Below, piece after piece: positions 37,602 to 46,713 of a DNA stretch of 55,295 nt (the stretch's first letter is position 1; each line of letters begins with the position of its first letter). Position numbers and translations under genes: made by a program. The DNA is from Planctomycetota bacterium (GTDB taxonomy: Bacteria; Planctomycetota; UBA1135; GCA-002748355): positions 1 through 55,295 of the forward strand of contig JAJRTL010000129.1 in the NCBI GenBank assembly GCA_024278315.1, read 5' to 3'. The notes under the pieces were generated by a model. That model saw only the letters and a list, made by a program, of their open reading frames with translations. It did no database searches and had not been told where the DNA came from.

Positions 37602-39059
37602 ATGAAACCCGAATTGGATCTACAGGAACTGCGGCGAGCCCTGGGCTCTCTCTCCACTCCATCCATGGATCAGGTCCCAGCATGGGGCCGCTCGGGTGCC
37701 AACCCCGACTTCATCGACAAGGTCCTGCGGGCCGCTCTCCGATCACGAAGCGAGGGCGAAGAGTACGATTTCAAGCGGGAGTTGGATCTGTCGACGTCCG
37801 CTCATCGATACAAGCTGATCAAGAGTGTGGCCTCCTTCACCAACTCCTTGAGAGGTGGTTTCCTCTTTATCGGTATCAACGATGATGCCGAGATCGTTGG
37901 TGTTCCGGATGCGCATCTCTCCTGGTTCGACAGGACTCGGTTCACGCAACTCCTGGCTTCCTATTTGACTCCCGTCCCCACTCTGGAGATTCACCGACGA
38001 AGTCTGGGAGGGGCGGAGGTCGTCATCATCCAAGTGGAGCCCTTCAGAGAGATCCCGTCCTTCATCTCTCGTCCCTTGGAAGTAGGGGGCAGGAGGTTGT
38101 CACCCGGAACGATTCTGGTCAGGAACGAGCGTGCGGAGTCGCGAGCCGCCACGGAGGAGTTCGAGATTCGCAAGCTGTGCCGCAGCATCGCCGAGAGGCA
38201 GGCAGAGCTCATGGCGGGCGCCATCCAAAGGGCGTTGCGTGGACAACTCGGCACGCTTGGTGGCGAGGGTGTTGCCGGGCATGGTGGTGCACTTGGACGA
38301 GCCAGGAGCATCGCAAGCCGATATTGGCCTGAGGAGAGCAAGGCATTCGTGGAAGTCTATTTCCACCCCTATTTCAAGATCGGCTTGTCTCACGATGATA
38401 TGCGGTCCCTCTTCCCTGCCATCAGGATACCTTCTCGCAAAGAGCGTTTTCCCTATTGGCGATCCCAAGGATGGGAGGGACCTTCGTTACGGTCCGAAGG
38501 TTGGTTGGGGATCGATCCTGGGGCCGCTAGCAGTGGCCAGGATACGTTTTGGGTCCTTACGACCGATGGCGCGTTCCTTCAGCGACAGTCCTTGGTCTTG
38601 ACGAAGGAGGGCGAGAAGCCGAGGGTGGGGATGCGCCGGGTCGCCAGGCAAGTGCTCCTCAACTACCGACTTCTTCGTCGTTTCTCGGCCCGACTGGGCT
38701 TCTCCTCCAAATACTCAGCCTATGTGGGGATTCGGATCGCAGGCATCAAGGATGCTGTATTGGCGAAGGAATGCCGGGAGGATCTGACCAGCCTTGCGAC
38801 CTGTCTGGATGATCACGTAGAAGTCCACCGACCGGTGAGCATCGAGGCGCTCGAGGAGAACCCGATAGGGCTCGTCTCGTCTTTCCTCTCGGATCTGTCC
38901 TGGGACATGGAACGAACCGATCTGGTGGCGAAGGATTGGCTGCAACTGATCGAAGAGATCGATGACCACCTGGATCGCGAGTGCAGATTCCCCGCGGAGG
39001 AACAGATTGGACCCTGGTTCGAGGCAGGTCCACATGGCGATAAAAGCCTCCCAGAGTAA
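37602..39059 (+). CDS. Schlafen/AlbA_2-domain protein with uncharacterised C-terminal domain
   Basis: EGEEYDFKRE...KSVASFTNSLRGGFLFIGIND; GGAGG RBS before ATG 37602. Confidence 0.85.
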   Translation: MKPELDLQELRRALGSLSTPSMDQVPAWGRSGANPDFIDKVLRAALRSRSEGEEYDFKRELDLSTSAHRYKLIKSVASFTNSLRGGFLFIGINDDAEIVGVPDAHLSWFDRTRFTQLLASYLTPVPTLEIHRRSLGGAEVVIIQVEPFREIPSFISRPLEVGGRRLSPGTILVRNERAESRAATEEFEIRKLCRSIAERQAELMAGAIQRALRGQLGTLGGEGVAGHGGALGRARSIASRYWPEESKAFVEVYFHPYFKIGLSHDDMRSLFPAIRIPSRKERFPYWRSQGWEGPSLRSEGWLGIDPGAASSGQDTFWVLTTDGAFLQRQSLVLTKEGEKPRVGMRRVARQVLLNYRLLRRFSARLGFSSKYSAYVGIRIAGIKDAVLAKECREDLTSLATCLDDHVEVHRPVSIEALEENPIGLVSSFLSDLSWDMERTDLVAKDWLQLIEEIDDHLDRECRFPAEEQIGPWFEAGPHGDKSLPE

Positions 39060-39153
39060 GGATAGAGATAAGTAAACGTTGGAGTTTCATTCCAATATCG
39101 TTTATTAATATTTGTCTAACCGAATTCCGAATCCTCTTATTGTGGAGATAGAC

Positions 39154-39645
39154 ATGGCGGCAACGAAATGGACCAAGAGTGCTTGGAGCTCGATTGTAAA
39201 AAAGTATCCGAAGCTCGAGGGAAAGTCCGAAGGTGTCGCTTTTTGTGCATGGGGGATCGAAAACGGCATCGACGTACTTCCTGGGATCCGAGCCTTGGCA
39301 AAGCAGACGGGAACCAAGTTGAAGTTCAGTGGCGCTTCGATCGGTGGCGCCAGGGTGGCCATGGTGAGAGCCAAGAAGAAGGCCAGCAGCACCAGGTCTC
39401 CAGCCGCCAAGAGGCGAGGGCGCCCTGCCAAGAAGCGGGGTCTGGGGACGGATGTAGGAGAGGTGATCGCCACCCTGCTGGAGGACCTGGGAGCAGAGAT
39501 CGAGGATGCGAGCCGCGAATACGAGAGTGGCAAGGCACGCCTTTCGGCTGCCAAGGCCAACTTCAAGAAGTTGCGTCCCGTCTTCCAGCAGTACCACGCC
39601 GCACGAAGTCGGAAGCTCGCCAAGCTCTTGGACAGCACTCGTTGA
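39154..39645 (+). CDS. Small basic protein with AT-hook and C-terminal coiled coil
   Basis: GGAG RBS; KRRGRPAKKR; heptad-rich C-terminal helix; 163 aa. Confidence 0.75.
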   Translation: MAATKWTKSAWSSIVKKYPKLEGKSEGVAFCAWGIENGIDVLPGIRALAKQTGTKLKFSGASIGGARVAMVRAKKKASSTRSPAAKRRGRPAKKRGLGTDVGEVIATLLEDLGAEIEDASREYESGKARLSAAKANFKKLRPVFQQYHAARSRKLAKLLDSTR

Positions 39646-39669
39646 GTTGAGGCAGGGGCGACCGGGACT

Positions 39670-40931
39670 TCAGGCCAGTGGACGCATCCTTGTCTGGCCT
39701 CGAGGGCGTTGGGGAGGGAGAAGGAGGTTCGCCAGGAGGAGTCCGATCACGAGCGTCACTGCTGTCGTGGTCATGGCAAACGCGGTATTGAGACCCAACA
39801 GGGTCTCTTGTTCCAAGAGATGATGCAGGCTTTCGAAGCCGAGGCTGCCTGGGACGATCAACAGGATCCCGGGAAGGTCCGTGACCTCGGAGGGTTGTCC
39901 CCACAAGCGGAAGCGCAGGTTGCCCAGCAGTCCTACCAGGAGGGCTCCTGTGCCGACGCCCAACCCGAATCCCGCTCTCGGGATGAAGAGTTCGTTGCCG
40001 AGTTTGGTACCGTAGATGGCCAGGAAGCCGGCGATGAGGATAGGCAGCCAGTCTCTCTTTCGCGCTTGGAACAAGACCATGAAGCTGGTCGCTGCAACAG
40101 GCAGGGCCAGCCAAGTGGCCCAGAATGGGAGAGCATCGATGACCTGGCGCGGGTGGATTTTCAGGACGGAACGGAGTTCGCCGCCCAGGATGACTCCCAT
40201 GCCAATGAGCAGGAAGAGCACGGCTGCCCCATGAGCCTCGCCGTTCCCGAAACGAGATGCTGTCGGCTGAGTTCGCTCATCGCAATCGTGAGCGTGAGAC
40301 CGGGAATCAGGACGATCAAGCCGGCCAGTGTCGGGACATGCGGTGCGAGCCCTGGGACCAGGTAGGCAAGGACGGTCGAGGTGGCAGAAGCAGAGAGGGC
40401 CGCGAGGAACTCGAAGAGACCCAACACGCGCCCTCTTCCAGCCAGGAAGATAGCCAGGAAACCGATCGTCAGCCCGACGAGGCCGGCTGCCAGGATCTCA
40501 GGGGAGCCGCCTCCGAGGAAGACGGATGCGGCAGCGGAGGTCAGCGAAAATGAGAGGACTACGACCGTCGCGCTCAAAGGAGCGTGGCTCTCAGCGATGC
40601 GGTCCAGTTCGGCGGAGCCTTGGTCGAGATCCATCCTGCCGAGAAGGACCTGATCGTGGACGGCCGCCGTCTCGCTGAGTTTCGCGAGGTGGATCTGCCC
40701 CGGCTGGACACGTTCGAGATAGGTCCTTTGCTCCACGCCGCTGCCAAATGCCGCTTGCACGCCCGTCGGTGTGGCCAGGATCTGACACTTGACGCCGAAG
40801 ATCGTGGCCACTTCTTCGATGGAGCTCTCCAGGCGGGGGGTCGGCGTACCGTAGAGGCTCAGGGAGCGTGCGAGCTTCATGCAGAATCGGCCGACCCTGT
40901 CGACGGAATGGGCTGGGGGAGGGGTTTCCAT
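39670..40931 (-). pseudogene. thrE: Threonine/serine exporter (ThrE + ThrE_2), single-base frameshift at 40227-40230
   Basis: LIPGLTLTIAMSEL...VSGTARL and LPGILLIVPGSLG. Adding one G to ATG GGG (G)CA GCC GTG joins ORFs 40161..40931 and 39670..40221. Confidence 0.8.
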
Positions 40932-40940
40932 CTGTTGTGG

Positions 40941-42641
40941 TTACTTCGTGGAAACGGGCATGAAGACAGCCTGGCTATTGAGCAGTCTCTTCCTCTGTTC
41001 TGGTGTCAGGTCGAGATCCCTTACCAGACGCCGCATGAAGGCCATCTGGCGCTTGGCATTGCGGCGGACATCCTGGACCCGGAATCGTTGATTGCTCTCG
41101 TGGAATCCCGCCTTGTGCTTCCAGATCGAGCTGGGGAACTCCCGCGCCCACTCCGACACGATCCCATCCAGCTTCTTCTGCTGTGCGGACTCGAGCCGCA
41201 GGCTCCGTGAAATCGATCCGGAGATGCGCTCCTGGAATTGTGCGGGTCCACTCGCCTTGACGCGCTTGGCGTACTGAGCCCATACGAGCCCTGTGCTGAA
41301 GAGATCGCCGCTGGTCAGCCCCTCGAGTGCATCGGGATACAGCTTCTGGATCTGCTCCTTGCTCAGGACGCTGCGGAGATCCTCGTAGAACCTGTCTTTG
41401 ACATCCGTCTCTGCGAGGACAGCGGCGAGCTTCAGTTCGTCCTTGGCGGAGGACAGTCTCTGTACCTCGTCTTCGGTGGAATACCCCTTGCTCAGGGCCT
41501 TCAGCCGGGCGATCTGTCGCTCATCGAGGGGAATCCCGGCCGCCTTCAGGAAGGCATTGACCTGATTGCTGACCACAAGGGGATGCGTGAAGATGCCATT
41601 GGGTCCGGACCCCGGGATTCCGCCATCCTTGAGGGCGGGTAGCTGCTGCAGCAAGGCACCGTTGAGAGCTTGGATCTTGCCTGCCAGTTCGATGGAGGGC
41701 GAACCCGTCTCCTCCCATTCTCTCATCAACTGGTCGAGCAGTGGGAGCATGTCCTTCATGGTCGTGCCCATCGCTTCCCAGTCGACCTTCTCCAGCGCCT
41801 CTGCGTATTCCTGCGTACTGAAGACGGGTTTCGCGACGGTCATGGCCACGGGTTCATCTGATGAAGGCTTGGCTTCCGTCTTCGTGACTTCTGTGCGGAC
41901 CCGCTGGTTCTGTAGCTCGAGGATCTTCTTGTTGAGGCGTTGGTTTTCCTCGAGGAGCTTGCGTTCCCGCTTCTCGTAGTTGGCCACGAGTGCAGCTTCC
42001 TTCTCCTGGAAGCCAACCTCGATCGTGCTACCGGCGGCGTTGACCGAGGTCTCGTTGAGGCCGAACCAGGTAGCGGTTCCGGTGATCACACCGAGAAGGA
42101 GCGAGCTTGCGATGGTCTTTCCGTTCATGGTCAGGGTCTCCATTGTCTTGAATTCCAATACTGACTGGGGACCCAGTTGGATCTGTCCCCAGTCTTCGAA
42201 AGTGATAAGAGAGCCAAGAGAATCGGTGGATACCCGATCTCCTGGTCGGATCAGCAGCACATGGAAGCCGGGTCCGAGGCGCATCGATCCGGAGTCTCCT
42301 GCTCGTGAGAACAAGGTGATCTCTCCATGCAGGATGCGGATGCGGAGTTCGGCGGCTTGCAGCTCTGGCTGGGGTCGAAGCAGGAAGAGGAGAGTGAGCG
42401 AGACGAGCAGGGCGGCCGCCATGCTTCCCAGGAAGTGAAGGCTTTGCCCTGAAGCCACGCGCTTGGGCTCAGGCCCGGCTTTCAAGGCTTGTCGCCTATC
42501 GTGTTGGCGAAGGATGGACGTCGCGAGGTCGGGTACGGTCTCCGCTCCCAGGAGCTCGGCAAGGCCCGTGTCGAGCATGCGATCCTCGGCCTGTGCCTGC
42601 AGGGTCTTGCGATCGTCGTGACTGCGGTCCTGGGGTCTCAT
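40941..42641 (-). CDS. Membrane-anchored anti-sigma-like protein (TM - FecR-like - coiled coil - helical domain)
   Basis: ATGA overlap with the ECF sigma gene; SMAAALLV TM; PGDRVST...IQLGPQSVLEF FecR-like strands. Confidence 0.72.
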   Translation of the reverse strand: MRPQDRSHDDRKTLQAQAEDRMLDTGLAELLGAETVPDLATSILRQHDRRQALKAGPEPKRVASGQSLHFLGSMAAALLVSLTLLFLLRPQPELQAAELRIRILHGEITLFSRAGDSGSMRLGPGFHVLLIRPGDRVSTDSLGSLITFEDWGQIQLGPQSVLEFKTMETLTMNGKTIASSLLLGVITGTATWFGLNETSVNAAGSTIEVGFQEKEAALVANYEKRERKLLEENQRLNKKILELQNQRVRTEVTKTEAKPSSDEPVAMTVAKPVFSTQEYAEALEKVDWEAMGTTMKDMLPLLDQLMREWEETGSPSIELAGKIQALNGALLQQLPALKDGGIPGSGPNGIFTHPLVVSNQVNAFLKAAGIPLDERQIARLKALSKGYSTEDEVQRLSSAKDELKLAAVLAETDVKDRFYEDLRSVLSKEQIQKLYPDALEGLTSGDLFSTGLVWAQYAKRVKASGPAQFQERISGSISRSLRLESAQQKKLDGIVSEWAREFPSSIWKHKAGFHESNQRFRVQDVRRNAKRQMAFMRRLVRDLDLTPEQRKRLLNSQAVFMPVSTK

Positions 42642-43207
42642 GTTCCCACCTTTGCTTGGATGCAGTGTTTGAGGCGCGCGCGAGTCCTGCGGAGCAGGCT
42701 CTTGACGCCGTCGTCACTCAAACCCATGAGCTTGCCGATGCCCTCCCGAGATGCGTTCTCCCCGTATCGATGAGCGAGTGCCTCTCGTTCCCGGTCTTCG
42801 AGTCGTGCCATGCAGTGTTGGAGTGCGGCCAGGTAGAGCTCGCCTCCATCCTCGCCAGCCCGGCGGAGCCAGACTTCCTCGGCTGCGGCAAGGCCGACTT
42901 CACTCTCGAGCTCCAACACGGGGAGCCTCCTCGCTCTTCTCAGACTTGCGAGATAGAGATTGCGTGCCACGCCTCGCAGCCATCCACGCAGGCGGATATG
43001 GCCCAGGCTTCGGATCTCTTCCTGCTTGGAGTCGAGCCAGGCCAAGAAGGTCTCCTGGCAGAGATCCTCGGCTGCTTCGGGCTGCGCCCCGAGATAGCGG
43101 AGATATCTCCACACCTCGGCTTGATGGGCTCGAATGATCTCGAGGGGGTCAGGTTCTAGAAGGAGGGGGCTGGATTGCACAGTGCCTAGTGTCCGGTCCA
43201 GGGGCAA
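42638..43207 (-). CDS. ECF-type RNA polymerase sigma-70 factor
   Basis: Region 2 VWRYLRYLG...AEDLCQETF...WLRGVARN; region 4 GVKSLLRRTRARL. Start codon uncertain. Confidence 0.9.
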   Translation of the reverse strand: MPLDRTLGTVQSSPLLLEPDPLEIIRAHQAEVWRYLRYLGAQPEAAEDLCQETFLAWLDSKQEEIRSLGHIRLRGWLRGVARNLYLASLRRARRLPVLELESEVGLAAAEEVWLRRAGEDGGELYLAALQHCMARLEDREREALAHRYGENASREGIGKLMGLSDDGVKSLLRRTRARLKHCIQAKVGT

Positions 43208-43268
43208 AGGGTGCAGTGTTTCTGTGGGAATCTACAGCGAGATCTGCAAGTCGTGCCCTCATAGAAGA

Positions 43269-43292
43269 TTAGCCCGAACGATTCATGACCTC
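43269..43292 (-). repeat. Dispersed transposon-end-like repeat, copy 3 (inverted)
   Basis: TTAG|CCCGAACGATTCATGACCTC is the exact reverse complement of 20369-20392. Confidence 0.85.
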
Positions 43293-43330
43293 TTGCTCAC
43301 AACGATCTCATGATTCATCCGGCTTAGGCC

Positions 43331-43370
43331 CTTCATGGGATCTTCATATCCTTCGTCGTGGCGGCTTCAC
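43331..43370 (+). promoter_or_regulatory. PHO-box-like direct repeats upstream of pstS
   Basis: CTTCAT (43331), CTTCAT (43342), CGTCGT (43354), CTTCAC (43365); 11/12/11-bp period. Confidence 0.6.
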
Positions 43371-43433
43371 GGAGTGCCCTAGCTTGAGTTGCAACAACTG
43401 ACCTGCATCACGATCCATGGGAGACCCCAGACA

Positions 43434-44474
43434 ATGAATCTGTTGACCTCGATCACCGCCCTTGGGCTCGTCCTGGCACCTGCCTTCGCTCAAGCCCCGA
43501 TCCCCAAGACTTCCGACGTAAACAGAGCGAAGGCCCAGGCCGCCGCTGCGAAGACCAGGGTGGCTCGGCTTCTCGACAAGAAGCTGCCCGCCTACAAACC
43601 CAACTCCGGCATCAGCGGCAATCTCAACTCGGTGGGATCCGACACGCTCAACAATCTCATGACCCTCTGGGCAGAGGGATTCCAGAGAATGTATCCCGGT
43701 GTTCGGGTCCAGATCGAAGGCAAGGGCTCCTCAACAGCTCCGCCAGCCCTGATCGCCGGGACGGCCCAGTTCGGCCCGATGAGCCGCGCCATGAAGAGCA
43801 GGGAAGTGGACAAGTTCGAGAAGAAGTTCGGCTACGAACCGACTCGGATCCAGGTGGCCATCGATGCGTTGGCGGTCTACGTCCACAAGGACAATCCGAT
43901 CGAGCATCTGAGCCTGCCCCAGGTGGACGCGATCTTCTCCAAGACCCGGAGAGGGGGCATCAAGCTTCCGCTCGCGACCTGGGATCAGGTGGGACTCTCC
44001 GGCGATAGGTTCACGGGACGTGGTATTCGTCTCTACGGTCGGAACTCGGCTTCGGGAACCTATGGCTACTTCAAGAAGATCGCCCTTTTCAAGGGCGACT
44101 ACAGTGACAGCGTCAAGGAACAGCCTGGTTCGGCCTCGGTCGTCCGCTCGGTCGCCGAGGACCTCTATGCAATCGGCTATTCGGGCATTGGCTACAGAAC
44201 CTCGGGCGTCAAGGCGATCCAGATCTCCAAAAAATCCGGAGGGCCCTTCTATGGCACGGATGCAGATACGGTCCTGGCCGGTAAGTATCCCCTGGCAAGA
44301 TTCCTGAACATCTACATCAACAAGTCTCCCAGCAAGAACCTGGACCCTATGGTGCGTGAGTTCATCAAGTATGTCCTCAGCCGTGAGGGGCAGACCATCG
44401 TCATCAAGGATGGCTACCTGCCTCTTTCTGCCAAGATGGCCTCTCGCGCTTTGACTGGAATCCTCCATCAGTAG
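43434..44474 (+). CDS. pstS: Phosphate ABC transporter substrate-binding protein
   Basis: GSDTL, EGKGSSTAP, GPMSR, GRNSASGTY, YPLAR; signal peptide from ATG 43434. Confidence 0.95.
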   Translation: MNLLTSITALGLVLAPAFAQAPIPKTSDVNRAKAQAAAAKTRVARLLDKKLPAYKPNSGISGNLNSVGSDTLNNLMTLWAEGFQRMYPGVRVQIEGKGSSTAPPALIAGTAQFGPMSRAMKSREVDKFEKKFGYEPTRIQVAIDALAVYVHKDNPIEHLSLPQVDAIFSKTRRGGIKLPLATWDQVGLSGDRFTGRGIRLYGRNSASGTYGYFKKIALFKGDYSDSVKEQPGSASVVRSVAEDLYAIGYSGIGYRTSGVKAIQISKKSGGPFYGTDADTVLAGKYPLARFLNIYINKSPSKNLDPMVREFIKYVLSREGQTIVIKDGYLPLSAKMASRALTGILHQ

Positions 44475-44493
44475 TGCTGCTGGGCGCAAGAAC

Positions 44494-46713
44494 TTGATTG
44501 ACCAGGATAAAGTCCATGCACGCTCGTCGTTGCCCGGTCGCCTGAGAAAGAACCGGGCGGCAGAGGCTCTCGTCTACATCGGGGGGCTGGGGACCATTGC
44601 GTGCATCCTGGGCATCCTGGTCTTTCTCCTGTTGGAAGCGCTTCCTCTCTTCGGGGCAGCCTCGGTGGAGGAGGAGGTCATCGATGTCACGGGGAAGCGC
44701 CCACCCCTCCTGGCCATGGCTACGGACAGCTTCCAGATCCGGATGCTGGGCTTGGATGTCGAGGGAGGGCTCTGGGGCTACTCCTTGCGGGATGGTGGCT
44801 CCCAAAGCTTGGGGCGACTCCAGGGGCTTGAGACCGAGGAGACGGTTCGCAAGGCCAAGGCCGTTGGTCACCACATCCTGGTGGAGACCGACGAGGAGCG
44901 CCTGGCAGTCCTGCCCTTTGCCTTCGAGAAGAGCTACGTGGGCACCCAGCGGCGGATCTCCATCGAACTGGACACAGTGGAGTGGTGGGGCACAGGTCCC
45001 GGAGCGCCGCCGATCTCTGCCGCGGATCTTGCCGTTTCCGAAGAAGGAGGACTGACCATCGCCTGGCAGAGAGGTTCGGGCGTAGTCCACATCTCGCGGG
45101 TCCTCGTTGTCGAGAATGCCTTCACCCTCGAAAAAGAAACCCAGAAGAGCGAGTACGGGATCGAGGTGGGTCTGACACTCTCCTTCCTGCATGTGGAGAG
45201 TGGCGAGCCAGGCAATCTCGTGGCTGTGGATGGGCAGGGGCGCATCCATTGGTGGGCCCTTGAGGAAGAGGGGGCCACCAAGAAGCAGATGCTCGAAACG
45301 GGGCTCGGACCTCTTTCCTGCGTGGGGCCTCTGCAAGCGGACCGGTCTCTCATCCTCGCCAACGATCGGGGAGAGATGCGTCAGTTCTTTCGCGTTCCCG
45401 ATGAGCACGGAGAGAAGGCGTTCAGGGGGATCCGTGACTTCCCGCCCATGGGGTCCGCCATCACCGCAATCGCCAGATCGACGCGGAACAAGGCCTTCCT
45501 GGTCAGTAGTGAGGAAGGGAAGCTGGGCCTCTACTATGCCACCTCGGGCAAGCGGGACTGGATGGGGGATCCCGATGTCGGAGAGATCCGCTCCATTGCG
45601 CTTTCGCCCAAGGGAGATGGCATCCTGGTTTCTGGGAGCGAAGGCGTGGCTCGGCTCGCGGTAGACAATCCACATCCTGAGACAAGCATGGGGTCACTGC
45701 TGGGAAAGGTCTGGTACGAGGACTACCCGGAACCCACGTACACGTGGCAGTCTACCGGAGGCACGGACGACTTCGAACCGAAGCTCTCGCTGGTGCCTCT
45801 GGTGTTCGGCACGATCAAGGGCACCTTCTTCTCGATGTTGCTGGCCATTCCGCTGGCCTTGCTGGCAGCCCTCTACGCTTCGCTGTTCCTGCATCCTACG
45901 GTCAGGAAGTGGGTCAAACCTGCCATCGAGATCATGGCAGCCATTCCCAGCGTCATCCTGGGATTCCTCTGTGCGATCTACCTGGCGCCGTTCCTGGAGA
46001 GCAGCTTTGGTCGATTCCTGCTCTTGCCGCTGCTGGTTCCCCTGTTCCTCGTCATGGGGAGCCTCCTGCTCTCGCGCATGCCGACCGCCGCCATGGCTCA
46101 CCTGCCCAAGGGCACGGAACTGCTGATCCTGGGGACCTCCCTCCTTGTGGGTGGGCTCTTGAGCTTTCTGCTGGGGGCTCCGATCGAGAGCTGGATCTTC
46201 GGGGGAGATGCTCCGGCGTGGATCGTCCAGAACCTGGGGGTCCCCTATGAGCAGCGCAATGCCATCGTCATCGCCATGGGGATGTCCTTTGCGGTCATCC
46301 CCATCATCTTCTCGATCTCGGAGGATGCGATCAGCAATGTGCCGCGCAACCTTATCTCCGGATCCCTGGCGCTCGGAGCCAATCGGTGGGAAACCGCCGT
46401 GAGAGTGATTCTCCCGACCGCGAGTCCAGGCATCTTCTCGGCCGTCATGATCGGCTTGGGGCGTGCGGTGGGGGAGACCATGATCGTTCTCATGGCAGCT
46501 GGCAACACCGCCATCATGGATTGGAATCCGTTCAATGGGTTCAGGACCCTCTCGGCCAACATCGCAGTCGAGATCCCCGAAGCACCGCATGAGGGAACGC
46601 TCTATCGGACCCTGTTCCTCGCTGCGATCCTCCTCTTCATCATGACTTTCTTCCTGAACAGCGTCGCTGAAGTGGTTCGGCAGAGGCTCCGGAGTCGCTA
46701 TGCCAACCTCTGA
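44494..46713 (+). CDS. pstC: Phosphate ABC transporter permease PstC with large periplasmic propeller-like insertion
   Basis: KPAIEIMAAIPSV, SLALGANRW, GRAVGETMIV, RTLSANIAVE. Confidence 0.93.
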   Translation: MIDQDKVHARSSLPGRLRKNRAAEALVYIGGLGTIACILGILVFLLLEALPLFGAASVEEEVIDVTGKRPPLLAMATDSFQIRMLGLDVEGGLWGYSLRDGGSQSLGRLQGLETEETVRKAKAVGHHILVETDEERLAVLPFAFEKSYVGTQRRISIELDTVEWWGTGPGAPPISAADLAVSEEGGLTIAWQRGSGVVHISRVLVVENAFTLEKETQKSEYGIEVGLTLSFLHVESGEPGNLVAVDGQGRIHWWALEEEGATKKQMLETGLGPLSCVGPLQADRSLILANDRGEMRQFFRVPDEHGEKAFRGIRDFPPMGSAITAIARSTRNKAFLVSSEEGKLGLYYATSGKRDWMGDPDVGEIRSIALSPKGDGILVSGSEGVARLAVDNPHPETSMGSLLGKVWYEDYPEPTYTWQSTGGTDDFEPKLSLVPLVFGTIKGTFFSMLLAIPLALLAALYASLFLHPTVRKWVKPAIEIMAAIPSVILGFLCAIYLAPFLESSFGRFLLLPLLVPLFLVMGSLLLSRMPTAAMAHLPKGTELLILGTSLLVGGLLSFLLGAPIESWIFGGDAPAWIVQNLGVPYEQRNAIVIAMGMSFAVIPIIFSISEDAISNVPRNLISGSLALGANRWETAVRVILPTASPGIFSAVMIGLGRAVGETMIVLMAAGNTAIMDWNPFNGFRTLSANIAVEIPEAPHEGTLYRTLFLAAILLFIMTFFLNSVAEVVRQRLRSRYANL

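Noticed and set aside
39114-39120. GTCTAAC as an integron attC R'' box
   Set aside because: No matching downstream GTTRRRY arm, no cassette array and no integrase.
39105-39638. 177-aa minus-strand ORF mirroring the AT-hook gene
   Set aside because: The plus-strand frame has an RBS and coherent composition; this ORF is its shadow.
44494-45700. Large periplasmic insertion in PstC as a novelty
   Set aside because: Long PstC/PstA forms are already known in other Gram-negative bacteria.
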